The notes under the pieces were generated by a model. It saw only the letters and a list, made by a program, of their open reading frames with translations. It was not told the origin of the DNA and did no database searches. From assembly GCA_023379265.1 (NCBI GenBank), contig JAMCUI010000015.1:1-60704 (forward strand): 60,704 nt of DNA, written 5' to 3'. The position numbers and the translations under genes were made by a program. Below, piece by piece: positions 49,011-57,977 of this stretch (the first letter of the stretch is position 1; the number at the start of each line of letters is the position of its first letter). Source of the stretch: Patescibacteria group bacterium. GTDB lineage: Bacteria > Patescibacteriota > Microgenomatia > 2-02-FULL-39-11.

Positions 49011-49406
49011 ATGATGACTGATCCGATTTCAGATTTGCTGACACAGATAAAAAATGCCTATATGGCGGAAAAAAAGACGATTGAGGTATCCCACAGTAAT
49101 ATGCAGGAGTCTCTTGTAAAGCTTCTTTCCCGAGAAGGTTATCTGGGTAAAATTGAGATAAACAAAAAAGATAAAGTGAAAAAGACCATATCGGTAGAAA
49201 TGGTTTATGAGGATAAGAAACCCAGATTGACAGAGATAGTCCGTGTCAGCAAACCCAGCAAGAAAGTATATATCTCTAAAAATGAGATACCCAGAGTCTT
49301 GGGAGGGTTGGGGATTGTGGTCATATCCTCTCCTGCAGGTTTAATCTCTGGCAGGGAAGCAAGGAAAAAAGGTATAGGCGGAGAGTTAATCTGCAAAATT
49401 TGGTAA
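49011..49406 (+). CDS. rpsH: 30S ribosomal protein S8
   Basis: ATG at 49011; MMTDPISDLLTQIKNA...GGELICKIW. Confidence 0.95.
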   Translation: MMTDPISDLLTQIKNAYMAEKKTIEVSHSNMQESLVKLLSREGYLGKIEINKKDKVKKTISVEMVYEDKKPRLTEIVRVSKPSKKVYISKNEIPRVLGGLGIVVISSPAGLISGREARKKGIGGELICKIW

Positions 49407-49476
49407 GCCTTTTTAGAATTTAGATAAATACTGATGATAAAGAATAGACGGAAAGCTGATCTATAAGATTTGGTAA
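49374..49476 (+). repeat. Diverged second copy of the 3' end of rpsH at +70 nt
   Basis: 49374-49406 and 49444-49476 match at 26 of 33 positions with no gaps, and both end in TAA. The peptides are IGGELICKIW* and IDGKLIYKIW*. Confidence 0.8.
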
Positions 49477-49495
49477 AGTTTATTTGTATAAAAAT

Positions 49496-50056
49496 ATGTC
49501 AAGAATAGGACAAAAACCCATTGCAAAGGAACAAGATGTCAAAGTAGAAGCGAGCGGCAGTGCCGTACACGTGGAAGGGTCAGCCGGAAAGATGGATTTG
49601 ACGTTGCCGGAAGGTTTTTCGCTCACTACAGGAGAAAAAGAATTACTTCTAAAGATCGAAAATGAAAGAATTGCCGACGGCAAAATTCATGGGCTTTTCC
49701 GCAGTCTTTTGCAAAATGCAGTGACAGGAGTAAAAAAGCCGTGGACCAAGACGCTGGAGCTTGTGGGAGTAGGTTATAGAGCACAGACAACTGGTAGCGA
49801 CCTGGTCCTGAATTTGGGTTTTTCCCACCCGATAAACATAAAAGCACCGGCAGGGATTACATTCCAAGTGACTGAAAACAAAGTGACTGTTTCCGGGGTA
49901 GATAAATATATGGTGGGAGAAATGGCGGCAAAAATAAGAAGGTTGAAACCACCCGAACCTTATAAGGGGAAAGGGATAAGATATACAGGTGAACATATAA
50001 GAAAGAAACTCGGTAAAGCTGCAAAGGCGGTTGGTGGGGCAGCAGGCGCAAAGTAA
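49496..50056 (+). CDS. rplF: 50S ribosomal protein L6
   Basis: ATG at 49496; MSRIGQKPI... Confidence 0.95.
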   Translation: MSRIGQKPIAKEQDVKVEASGSAVHVEGSAGKMDLTLPEGFSLTTGEKELLLKIENERIADGKIHGLFRSLLQNAVTGVKKPWTKTLELVGVGYRAQTTGSDLVLNLGFSHPINIKAPAGITFQVTENKVTVSGVDKYMVGEMAAKIRRLKPPEPYKGKGIRYTGEHIRKKLGKAAKAVGGAAGAK

Positions 50057-50131
50057 AAACTGTCTTAAGAGTCTCAAAAAAGCATTAAGTTTTAGCAACT
50101 GGAGCTAAATAAAAATTAAAGCAAATTGACC

Positions 50132-50500
50132 ATGATAATAAAACATATAAAAGGTAATAAAAGAAGGAAATTGAGATCAAGGATAAAGGTTGTCACAAAA
50201 GGAAGAGGTGCCGGCAAGCCGCGACTTTCAGTATACCGGTCCAGCCGCTATCTCTATGCCCAACTCATTGACGATGTCAAGGGCACAACACTTGTTGCGG
50301 TTTCGGAAAAAGAGTTGAAGCTTACAGGGGATAAACAACCGACAAAAACAGAGAGGGCCAAACTTTTAGGTGCGTCTCTGGCACAAAAAGCTAAGAAAAA
50401 GGATATTAAAAAGGTAGTTTTTGACAGGGGCAGTTATCAATATCACGGCCGAGTGAAGAGTTTTGCTGACGAGGCAAGAGACGGCGGCCTGGAGTTTTAA
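50132..50500 (+). CDS. rplR: 50S ribosomal protein L18
   Basis: RLSVYRSSRYLYAQLIDD...FDRGSYQYHGRVKSFADEARDGGL. Confidence 0.95.
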   Translation: MIIKHIKGNKRRKLRSRIKVVTKGRGAGKPRLSVYRSSRYLYAQLIDDVKGTTLVAVSEKELKLTGDKQPTKTERAKLLGASLAQKAKKKDIKKVVFDRGSYQYHGRVKSFADEARDGGLEF

Positions 50501-50504
50501 TAAT

Positions 50505-50972
50505 ATGAATTCACACAGATATCCCAATGCAGTGCCTTCAGAATTTGAAGAAAAAGTGATTCAGGTCAACCGTGTTTCAAAAAAGACAAAAGGCGGTAAC
50601 AAAATAGGATTTTCCGTCCTGGTTGTAGTCGGAGACAAAAAAGGCCGGGTGGGAGTAGGTTTGGGTAAGGCGGCTGATGTCGCATCAGCGGTAAAAAAAG
50701 CCATGTCATACGCTAAGAAGCATCTTATTACAGTGCCTATGGTCAAGACGTCCATCCCGCATGAGATAAGGATGAAATATGGCGCGTCTAAAATACTTCT
50801 GAAACCGGCCCCGGGAGGTACAGGAATTAGGGCAGGAGGAGCAGTCAGGGCGGTAGTTGAGGCTGCAGGAGTAAGGGATATTGTCTCAAAGATACTCGGT
50901 ACTGACAATAAAGCGACAAACGTCTATGCTACGTTTGCGGCATTAAAAAGATTAAGGAGTCAGGTAGTATGA
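50505..50972 (+). CDS. rpsE: 30S ribosomal protein S5
   Basis: ATG at 50505; VIQVNRVSKKTKGG... Confidence 0.95.
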   Translation: MNSHRYPNAVPSEFEEKVIQVNRVSKKTKGGNKIGFSVLVVVGDKKGRVGVGLGKAADVASAVKKAMSYAKKHLITVPMVKTSIPHEIRMKYGASKILLKPAPGGTGIRAGGAVRAVVEAAGVRDIVSKILGTDNKATNVYATFAALKRLRSQVV

Positions 50973-51409
50973 TAGAACTGAATAAATTGTCTAAAATTGC
51001 AAAAAGAGGGAAAAAACGCCTCGGTCAGGGACACGGAAGCGGTAGAGGTAAGACTGCCGGGCGCGGCACTAAAGGCCAGAAAGCCAGGGGGAAAATGTCC
51101 ATGACATTTTCAGCAGGCAACCTTTCGCTTGTAAAAAGGCTACCTCTGATACGCGGCAAGTTGCGTAACCAGTCAATATTAAAGAAGAAACTGCCGGTCA
51201 ATGTCAAATTCCTCAATTTCCTTCCGGAAAATTCAGAAGTTGACCTGGACTTTCTCATAAAGAATCATATAGTAAAGGAAGATGTAAAAGAAACTGGCGT
51301 CAAGATACTGGGTGATGGGGAGTTGAAAATTGCCCTGACGGTAAAATTGCCTTGTTCCAAAGGCGCCAGGAAGAAAATTGAAAAAGCAGGCGGTAAGGTG
51401 GAAAATTAA
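50969..51409 (+). CDS. rplO: 50S ribosomal protein L15
   Basis: KRLGQGHGSGRGKTAGRGTKGQKAR. Overlaps the rpsE stop (ATGA), so no rpmD lies between them. Confidence 0.95.
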   Translation: MIELNKLSKIAKRGKKRLGQGHGSGRGKTAGRGTKGQKARGKMSMTFSAGNLSLVKRLPLIRGKLRNQSILKKKLPVNVKFLNFLPENSEVDLDFLIKNHIVKEDVKETGVKILGDGELKIALTVKLPCSKGARKKIEKAGGKVEN

Positions 51410-51427
51410 AGAGGAATTTTCCCTTGA

Positions 51428-52714
51428 ATGAACAAATATATTAACTCTATAATAAATGCCTTCAAATCCAAGGAGCTGCGGCAGAAACTAATTATCACAG
51501 CCTTCATTTTCCTAGTCTTCAGAATTTTTGCACATATACCTTTACCAGGGGTCAACTTGATAAAGCTGCGTAGCCTTTTTTCCCAGAGTGAGTTCTTGGG
51601 ACTTTTGGATATATTTTCCGGAGGTACGCTGGCCAACTTTTCGGTAATGGCCATAGGGCTAAACCCCTATATAAACGCTTCGATCATATTGCAGCTTCTG
51701 ACAATGGTTTTCCCCAAGCTTGAGGAACTTTCCAAAGAAGGCGAATACGGCCAGGAGAAAATAAACCAGTATACAAGGCTTCTGACAATTCCTCTTGCAG
51801 CTATACAAGCTGTAGGCATGTATGCGCTCCTCAAAAGCCAAAACATCATCGGCCTTCTGCCTCCCCTGACTCTTATATCGATGGTGGTCACGATGACTAC
51901 GGGGACAATACTCCTGATGTGGTTTGGTGAGCTCATCTCGGAATTTGGCGTAGGTAACGGCATCTCACTTCTTATCTTTGCCGGAATTGTTGGTCGTCTG
52001 CCGGTAGTGGCCGGACAGGCATTTACGATAGTCAATCAGGAAATGCTTGTAAATGCCGTGATATTTATATTTCTGGCGCTTCTTGTGGTAGCTGGCATTG
52101 TCTTTATTAATGAAGCGGTGCGTCAGGTGCCGGTACACTATGCTAAAAGAATTAGGGGTAACCGTATGTACGGAGGTTCGACCACATATTTGCCTTTGCG
52201 TCTCAACCAGGCCGGTGTCATACCCATCATTTTTGCCGTTTCCATAGTCCTTATCCCCTCTCTTGTGGGAAAATTTGTCGCCCTCATACCCAATAAGTTT
52301 CTGGCTGGAATTGCTGGAGGGATTGTCGCGGTTTTCAACACTAACGGTTTTGTTTACAACCTGGTCTACTTTTTACTGGTCATAGGCTTCACATACTTTT
52401 ATACTGCTGTTACTTTTAACCCGCAAAAGATAGCGGGAGAGATACAAAAATACGGAGGTTTTATCCCTGGCATCAGGCCCGGTTCGCCCACAGCCCAGTA
52501 TCTCAACTATATACTGACCAGGATTACACTGGCAGGGGCAATATTCCTGGGACTTGTCGCGATCCTTCCGGCGCTTATGAAACAAGCTACGGGCATTGCT
52601 TCCCTTACCATCGGCGGAACAGGTATACTTATAGTCGTGGCGGTAGTTTTGGAGACGGTCAAAAGTATCGAAGCGCAGCTTCTGATGAGGAATTATGAAG
52701 GGTTTTTGAAATAG
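51428..52714 (+). CDS. secY: Preprotein translocase subunit SecY
   Basis: 428 aa, 10 TM segments, conserved operon position. Confidence 0.96.
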   Translation: MNKYINSIINAFKSKELRQKLIITAFIFLVFRIFAHIPLPGVNLIKLRSLFSQSEFLGLLDIFSGGTLANFSVMAIGLNPYINASIILQLLTMVFPKLEELSKEGEYGQEKINQYTRLLTIPLAAIQAVGMYALLKSQNIIGLLPPLTLISMVVTMTTGTILLMWFGELISEFGVGNGISLLIFAGIVGRLPVVAGQAFTIVNQEMLVNAVIFIFLALLVVAGIVFINEAVRQVPVHYAKRIRGNRMYGGSTTYLPLRLNQAGVIPIIFAVSIVLIPSLVGKFVALIPNKFLAGIAGGIVAVFNTNGFVYNLVYFLLVIGFTYFYTAVTFNPQKIAGEIQKYGGFIPGIRPGSPTAQYLNYILTRITLAGAIFLGLVAILPALMKQATGIASLTIGGTGILIVVAVVLETVKSIEAQLLMRNYEGFLK

Positions 52715-52754
52715 TTGTTAGTTAAAGTATTAACTGTTTGACTATAAGGATTGT

Positions 52755-53333
52755 ATGCACTTAATTATTTACGGTCCCGAAGGTTCAGGCAAAGGCACAC
52801 AGGCAAAACTGCTTGCTGAAAAATTAAAAGTTCCGGTTTATACATCAGGAGACTTGGTTCGACAGGCTGCAGCCAAGGACAAAAGCCCTTTGGGAGACGC
52901 TTGCCGTACGGCTTTGACTGAAGGCAAGTATGTGGATGATGGTAATATGTTTCAGCTTTGGGAAAACAGGTTGCAGACTGATGAGGCAAAAAAGGGATTT
53001 TTACTGGATGGTTTTCCCAGAAACAAGAAGCAGGCTGAATTCCTTTTTGTGCATGTGAAAGAATACGGTTATGGTATAGACAGGCTTATTTACCTAAAAT
53101 TGTCTGATGCCGAGTCCATAAAGAGGTTGTCTTTGCGGCACAGGACTCTTTTTGCCGGCAGTACCGTCAACCATGATGATCCGGAACGCGTCGCCCAGAG
53201 ACTGAAAGTCTATAGGGAAAAAGAAGAAGATATGCTCTCCTTTTTCAGGAGTAAATATCTGATTTTGGAAATAGATGCGGCTGGTACGATAGAAAAAGTA
53301 CATGAGGATATTGTCAGAGCCCTGAAAATTTAG
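52755..53333 (+). CDS. adk: Adenylate kinase (short, no zinc lid)
   Basis: P-loop GPEGSGKGTQ, LLDGFPR. Confidence 0.9.
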   Translation: MHLIIYGPEGSGKGTQAKLLAEKLKVPVYTSGDLVRQAAAKDKSPLGDACRTALTEGKYVDDGNMFQLWENRLQTDEAKKGFLLDGFPRNKKQAEFLFVHVKEYGYGIDRLIYLKLSDAESIKRLSLRHRTLFAGSTVNHDDPERVAQRLKVYREKEEDMLSFFRSKYLILEIDAAGTIEKVHEDIVRALKI

Positions 53334-53420
53334 CCGGATTATGTTAAAGGAAGAGAATTACGACTTGTGGAGCTTAAAAACATATTGCAGCGTCTTCATC
53401 TTTGACCCATTTTGTGCTCG

Positions 53421-53957
53421 ATGAAATTCTCGGTCTTTGTCATTTCAGGAATGCCAGGTAGCGGTAAGACTGCCGCATCAGAATACTTCCAGAAAAGGCA
53501 TATTCCCGTAGTAAGAATGGGAGAATTGACTCAGGAAGAGCTTGTGAAAAGGAAGCTTGCAGCCGGCTGGGAAAATGAGAAATTTGTCTGGACAGATTTG
53601 AGGAAGACTGAGGGGAAAGATATTTATGCCAAACTGGCAGCCCAAAGGGTAACGGAGTTTGAGGCGAAGGGAAAAATAGTAATTGAGGGGATGAGGACCT
53701 TGGCTGAGTATGATTTTTTTGCCAATATGTTTCCGGGTTTTAAGACAATCTTTATTGAAGCCGGAAAGGAGAAGAGATATCAAAGGTTGCAGGAGAGGAG
53801 AGTCAGGCCATTGAGCACAAAAGAGGCAAGGCAAAGAGATGAAGATGAGGCAAAAGGTTTTGACTTGGTAAAACTTAGGGATAAAGCTGATTTTATAGTA
53901 GGAAATGACGGTTCGTTTGAAGAATTTTTTGAAAAACTCCGGAAAATTATTGACTGA
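53421..53957 (+). CDS. Second P-loop nucleotide kinase-like protein (archaeal UPF0200-like)
   Basis: The ATG at 53421 gives MKFSVFVISGMPGSGKTAASEYF...VVRMGE. Lies between adk and map. Confidence 0.65.
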   Translation: MKFSVFVISGMPGSGKTAASEYFQKRHIPVVRMGELTQEELVKRKLAAGWENEKFVWTDLRKTEGKDIYAKLAAQRVTEFEAKGKIVIEGMRTLAEYDFFANMFPGFKTIFIEAGKEKRYQRLQERRVRPLSTKEARQRDEDEAKGFDLVKLRDKADFIVGNDGSFEEFFEKLRKIID

Positions 53958-54035
53958 TTTTATATGATACATCTGAAAAAACCTGAAGAAATGGAAACTT
54001 TACCAAATCGAAAATTATAGACGGTAAAGACAAAT

Positions 54036-54863
54036 ATGATTCATTTAAAAACAGTTGAAGAGATAGAAAAAATGAAAAAAGGAGGCAAGATCCTCCATGA
54101 CGTGCTGGGGATTTTGGTAAAGGAAGCCAAACTGGGAGTCTCACTGATATCACTTGACCAAATGGCAGAAAGGCTCATCGTGGAGAGGGGTGGGACATCA
54201 TCTTTTAAGCGGGTAAAAGGTTACCACTGGACTATCTGCAGTTGTGTCAATGATGTGGTGGTACACGGTATTCCCGATGAGTACAAGATAAAGACTGGTG
54301 ATATTGTCGGTATAGACTGCGGGGTATATTTTGAAGGTTTCCATACGGATGCGGCCTGGACGGTATCAGTGGGGAACAGCGACAGTAAAGTGAAAAAATT
54401 TCTGGATACTGGGGAGGCAGCCTTCAGGAAGGCAATAAGCCAGGTAAAATTGGGAAATTACATTTATGACATATCAAAAGCCATACAGGATACTGTGGAG
54501 AAAGAAGGCGGGTATGGAGTATCAAGGACTCTTGTCGGACACGGGGTGGGGAGGCAGCTTCACGAGGAGCCGGAGGTGCCGGGTTATGTCAGTAGTCCCA
54601 GTACCTCATTCCATAAATTTAACCGTATGGACAATCTTCGAGAAGAGGACGAAAAATTAAGGGAACAAAGTATTAGGGAGTCTACGCCAAGGCTGGTTCC
54701 GGGCCTAGTGATTGCCATTGAGGTGATTTATAATATGGGAAGTCCGGACGTGGTTTACAAGGGAAATGACGGGTGGACAATTGTCACGAAAGATGGTAAA
54801 ATATCAGGACTCTTTGAAGCGACCGTGGCGGTAACTTCCCACGGTTGCGTTGTTTTGACTTAG
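54036..54863 (+). CDS. map: Methionine aminopeptidase type I with an approximately 27-aa insertion
   Basis: Metal ligands in GIDCGVYFEGFHTD, VGHGVGRQLHEEP and IAIE. Extra segment SSPSTSFHKFNRMDNLREEDEKLREQSIRESTPR. Confidence 0.9.
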   Translation: MIHLKTVEEIEKMKKGGKILHDVLGILVKEAKLGVSLISLDQMAERLIVERGGTSSFKRVKGYHWTICSCVNDVVVHGIPDEYKIKTGDIVGIDCGVYFEGFHTDAAWTVSVGNSDSKVKKFLDTGEAAFRKAISQVKLGNYIYDISKAIQDTVEKEGGYGVSRTLVGHGVGRQLHEEPEVPGYVSSPSTSFHKFNRMDNLREEDEKLREQSIRESTPRLVPGLVIAIEVIYNMGSPDVVYKGNDGWTIVTKDGKISGLFEATVAVTSHGCVVLT

Positions 54864-55013
54864 AAATGTTTCAAAAATTAAGCTAAACGGGGTTGTGTCA
54901 ATGACCATTTGCAGAGAGCTTTGCTTTTGGAATAGTTTCCTATTTGGAGTAGATCAGAAGTTACACCGTTTTATTTATAGGGAGAAAAGAAGAGATACAG
55001 GTTTGTTTTAATT

Positions 55014-55232
55014 ATGGTTCATCAGGGAATGACCGAAGTAGTCGGTCAAGTTCTAGAGGCTTTGCCCAATACCCTGTTTAGGGTGAAATTGCCTGAAGGT
55101 AAGGTAATCCTTTGCCACCTGTCAGGTAAAATGAGGATAAATTATATCAGGATTATGCCTGGGGACAAGGTCAAGGTGGAAGTGACTCCTTATGATCCCA
55201 ATAAAGGAAGAATTACATTTAGGTTAAGATAA
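55014..55232 (+). CDS. infA: Translation initiation factor IF-1
   Basis: 72 aa S1-like fold; [11 protein letters not shown]...[12 protein letters not shown]. Confidence 0.95.
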   Translation: MVHQGMTEVVGQVLEALPNTLFRVKLPEGKVILCHLSGKMRINYIRIMPGDKVKVEVTPYDPNKGRITFRLR

Positions 55233-55256
55233 TTTGATTGAAAAACAGAATTAGAT

Positions 55257-55370
55257 ATGAAAGTGCAAGCTTCAGTAAAGAAAAGATGTAAAAAGTGCAA
55301 GGTGGTCGTCAGACGCGGCAAGGTCTATATAGTCTGTGACAATCCCAAGCATAAGCAAAGACAGGGATAA
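55257..55370 (+). CDS. rpmJ: 50S ribosomal protein L36
   Basis: Hand-translated 37 aa [37 protein letters not shown]. Below the ORF-track length cutoff. Confidence 0.93.
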   Translation: MKVQASVKKRCKKCKVVVRRGKVYIVCDNPKHKQRQG

Positions 55371-55441
55371 ATTGGTGGTGGGTTATGGTTTGTTGGGTGT
55401 AAGTTATTAGTGACAGTATTTGATTATATTAACTTAAAAGT

Positions 55442-55861
55442 ATGGCAAGGATTGTAGGATTGGATTTACCAGATCATAAAAGAGTGGATATTGCTTTGAC
55501 CTATATTTACGGGATAGGCAGGAGCAACGTACGCGTCATATTGGAAAAATCCTCAGTAGCGGCAACCAAAAGAGTAAAAGAACTGACAGAAGATGAAATA
55601 GGTAGGATCCAGAAGGCAATTGAGAGCAGTTTCAAGGTAGAGGGAGACCTCAAAGGAGAAATTTCCGAAAATATAAAAAGGCTCAGAGAAATAGGGTCAT
55701 ACCGGGGGATTAGGCATATCAGGGGACTTCCCGTCAGGGGACAAAGGACAAGGTCAAACGCCAGAACCAAAAGAGGTAAGAGAAAGACGGTGGGAGCATT
55801 GCGTAAGGAGACAAGAGCCAAACTGGAGACAGGTGCTACCGCCCAACCCGCAGCAAAATAA
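55442..55861 (+). CDS. rpsM: 30S ribosomal protein S13
   Basis: [10 protein letters not shown]...GSYRGIRH. Confidence 0.96.
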   Translation: MARIVGLDLPDHKRVDIALTYIYGIGRSNVRVILEKSSVAATKRVKELTEDEIGRIQKAIESSFKVEGDLKGEISENIKRLREIGSYRGIRHIRGLPVRGQRTRSNARTKRGKRKTVGALRKETRAKLETGATAQPAAK

Positions 55862-55887
55862 AATAAAAATATATTTATTTTTGACAC

Positions 55888-56262
55888 ATGGCAACAAAAA
55901 AACAACAAAAAATAATTGAAAAAGGCAGAGTGTATATCACTTCGACGTTCAACAATACTCTTGTCACAATTACGGATGACAAAGGCAACACTCTTGGCTG
56001 GGGCAGTGCAGGTGGCGTGGGTTTCAAGGGGACAAGGAAATCCACTCCTTTTGCCGCTACAACCGCAGTTGACCAGGTAGCCAAAAAGATTGTTTTTGCC
56101 CATGGTTTAAGGAGTGTCGATGTATATATAAAGGGTCCGGGAGCAGGTAGGGACGCAGCACTGCGAGCCCTCAAAAGCGCGGGTCTTTCAATCAGCATGA
56201 TTGCCGATGTTACCCCCATGCCCCACAACGGAGTCAGACCCAAGAAGAAAAGAAGAGTATAA
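55888..56262 (+). CDS. rpsK: 30S ribosomal protein S11
   Basis: [21 protein letters not shown]... Confidence 0.96.
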   Translation: MATKKQQKIIEKGRVYITSTFNNTLVTITDDKGNTLGWGSAGGVGFKGTRKSTPFAATTAVDQVAKKIVFAHGLRSVDVYIKGPGAGRDAALRALKSAGLSISMIADVTPMPHNGVRPKKKRRV

Positions 56263-56279
56263 GTGAGTTATGGATTATG

Positions 56280-56341
56280 GGTTGTGAGTTGTTGGTTAAA
56301 AAGCTAAAAGTTTTTAAGTACTTAACTACCAACTCATAACC
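56280..56341 (+). other. 20-bp plus-strand hairpin in the rpsK-rpsD spacer
   Basis: GGTTGTGAGTTGTTGGTTAA pairs with TTAACTACCAACTCATAACC (1 mismatch, 2 G-U pairs that work only in the plus-strand RNA). Confidence 0.5.
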
Positions 56342-56367
56342 GATAATTTATTCAAAAAATTAATTTT

Positions 56368-56988
56368 ATGGCAAGATATAGAGGACCACGAAACAGATTG
56401 GCAAGACGGGAAGGTACAGACATTGGACTGAAAACCAGCGGTCTGTCTGCCCATGCTTCTCTTATGAGAAGGCTAAAGATTATCCCGGGACACCACGGCC
56501 AGCGCGGTGGCAGAAAATTGTCTGATTATGGTAAACAGCTGCGGGAAAAGCAGAAAGTGAAGCGGATATATGGTCTTATGGAGAAACAGTTTGCCAAGTA
56601 TTTTGCCCAAGCCAGCCGGGAAAAAGCCAATACAGGAGAAGCGCTTTTGACTATTCTTGAGAGAAGGCTTGATAATGTAGTTTATCGTTTGGGATTGGCG
56701 CCTACACGTGCTTCAGCCCGACAATTTGTATCCCACGGACACATATATATAGACGGCAAAAGAGTCAATATCCCATCATTTTCAGTCGAAAAAGATATGG
56801 TAGTTTCTGCAGGCAGTAAGCTTATGGTTACACCACTACTGAAGAAACTTCTTGAGGACAAAAGTCCCAATATTGTCGCCTGGCTTGAGAGGAAAGGGCC
56901 GGTGGGGAAAGTAGTCAGGTTGCCACAGAGGGAAGACATCACCGATGACATCAACGAACAGCTTATTATAGAATATTATTCACGTTAA
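56368..56988 (+). CDS. rpsD: 30S ribosomal protein S4
   Basis: [16 protein letters not shown]...; S4 domain. Confidence 0.96.
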   Translation: MARYRGPRNRLARREGTDIGLKTSGLSAHASLMRRLKIIPGHHGQRGGRKLSDYGKQLREKQKVKRIYGLMEKQFAKYFAQASREKANTGEALLTILERRLDNVVYRLGLAPTRASARQFVSHGHIYIDGKRVNIPSFSVEKDMVVSAGSKLMVTPLLKKLLEDKSPNIVAWLERKGPVGKVVRLPQREDITDDINEQLIIEYYSR

Positions 56989-57032
56989 AAATAAATTTCA
57001 GGAGTATTTCCACCGATTATAAAGGAGGCAAG

Positions 57033-57953
57033 ATGATAGAACCAAATTTTTCAGTAAAAACCGATGTAGAGAAACCGGATTATGGCAAGTTTGTGATTGA
57101 ACCTCTGGATGAGGGTTATGGGCATACATTGGGAAACAGCATGAGGAGGGTACTTCTTACTTCCCTTCGCGGTGCCGCAGTGACCAGAGTCAAGATAGAC
57201 GGGGTCAAGCATCAGTTTTCCACTCTTTCAGGTCTTAAGGAAGATATTGTCCAGTTGATGCTAAACATAAAGAAAATCAGACTGAGACTGCAGGGAGACA
57301 AGCCGGTCGTAGTCAATCTTGTGGCCAAGGGTCCCAAGAAACTGATGGCAGGGGATATCAAATCTTCAGAAGTCGAAGTGGTAAATGAAGACCTTTACCT
57401 GGGTGAGTTGACTTCAAATAAAGCCAAGATCGCCATGGAGCTGACTGTTGAACCGGGTACAGGTTACAGATTGGCTGAGGAAGTTGATGGAGAGAAAAAG
57501 GAATTGGGTACCATACTTTTGGATGCCCTTTTCTCACCGGTAGTCCGTGTCAACTATAAGGTAGAGGCTACACGTGTGGGAAGGATGACCAATCTTGACA
57601 AGCTTATTTTGGAGATTTGGACCGATGGTACAGTCATTCCATCTGATGCCCTCAAGCAGTCTGCCAACACTTTGGTCTCTTACTTTTTGCAGATATACGA
57701 ACCCAAAGCCAAAGCCTCAGAGGGAGTAGCAGTGACCCCGACATTATCAGAGGAGATATTGAAGATGACACTTGAAGAGCTTGATATTCCTACCCGCATA
57801 GTCAATGCCCTTCACAACGGCGGCATAGACACGGTGGGTCAGCTTTTGGGAGCTCCCAAAAAGGATCTTTACAAGATAAAGAATTTAGGGGCAAAATCCA
57901 TTACCACCATTGAAGAAGTATTGAGGGAAAAGGGTATAGCCCTGACGGTATAA
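57033..57953 (+). CDS. rpoA: DNA-directed RNA polymerase alpha subunit
   Basis: 306 aa with NTD (GHTLGNSMRRVLL) and CTD (LDIPTRIVNALHNGGIDTVGQL). Confidence 0.96.
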   Translation: MIEPNFSVKTDVEKPDYGKFVIEPLDEGYGHTLGNSMRRVLLTSLRGAAVTRVKIDGVKHQFSTLSGLKEDIVQLMLNIKKIRLRLQGDKPVVVNLVAKGPKKLMAGDIKSSEVEVVNEDLYLGELTSNKAKIAMELTVEPGTGYRLAEEVDGEKKELGTILLDALFSPVVRVNYKVEATRVGRMTNLDKLILEIWTDGTVIPSDALKQSANTLVSYFLQIYEPKAKASEGVAVTPTLSEEILKMTLEELDIPTRIVNALHNGGIDTVGQLLGAPKKDLYKIKNLGAKSITTIEEVLREKGIALTV

Positions 57954-57977
57954 AAGTATTTTTGGATTAAAGACTTT

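Noticed and set aside
49374-49476. The rpsH end and its diverged copy could be a diversity-generating retroelement VR/TR pair.
   Set aside because: The substitutions are not adenine-specific (they include G/A, T/C and C/T in both directions). No reverse transcriptase is nearby, and the target is a ribosomal protein.
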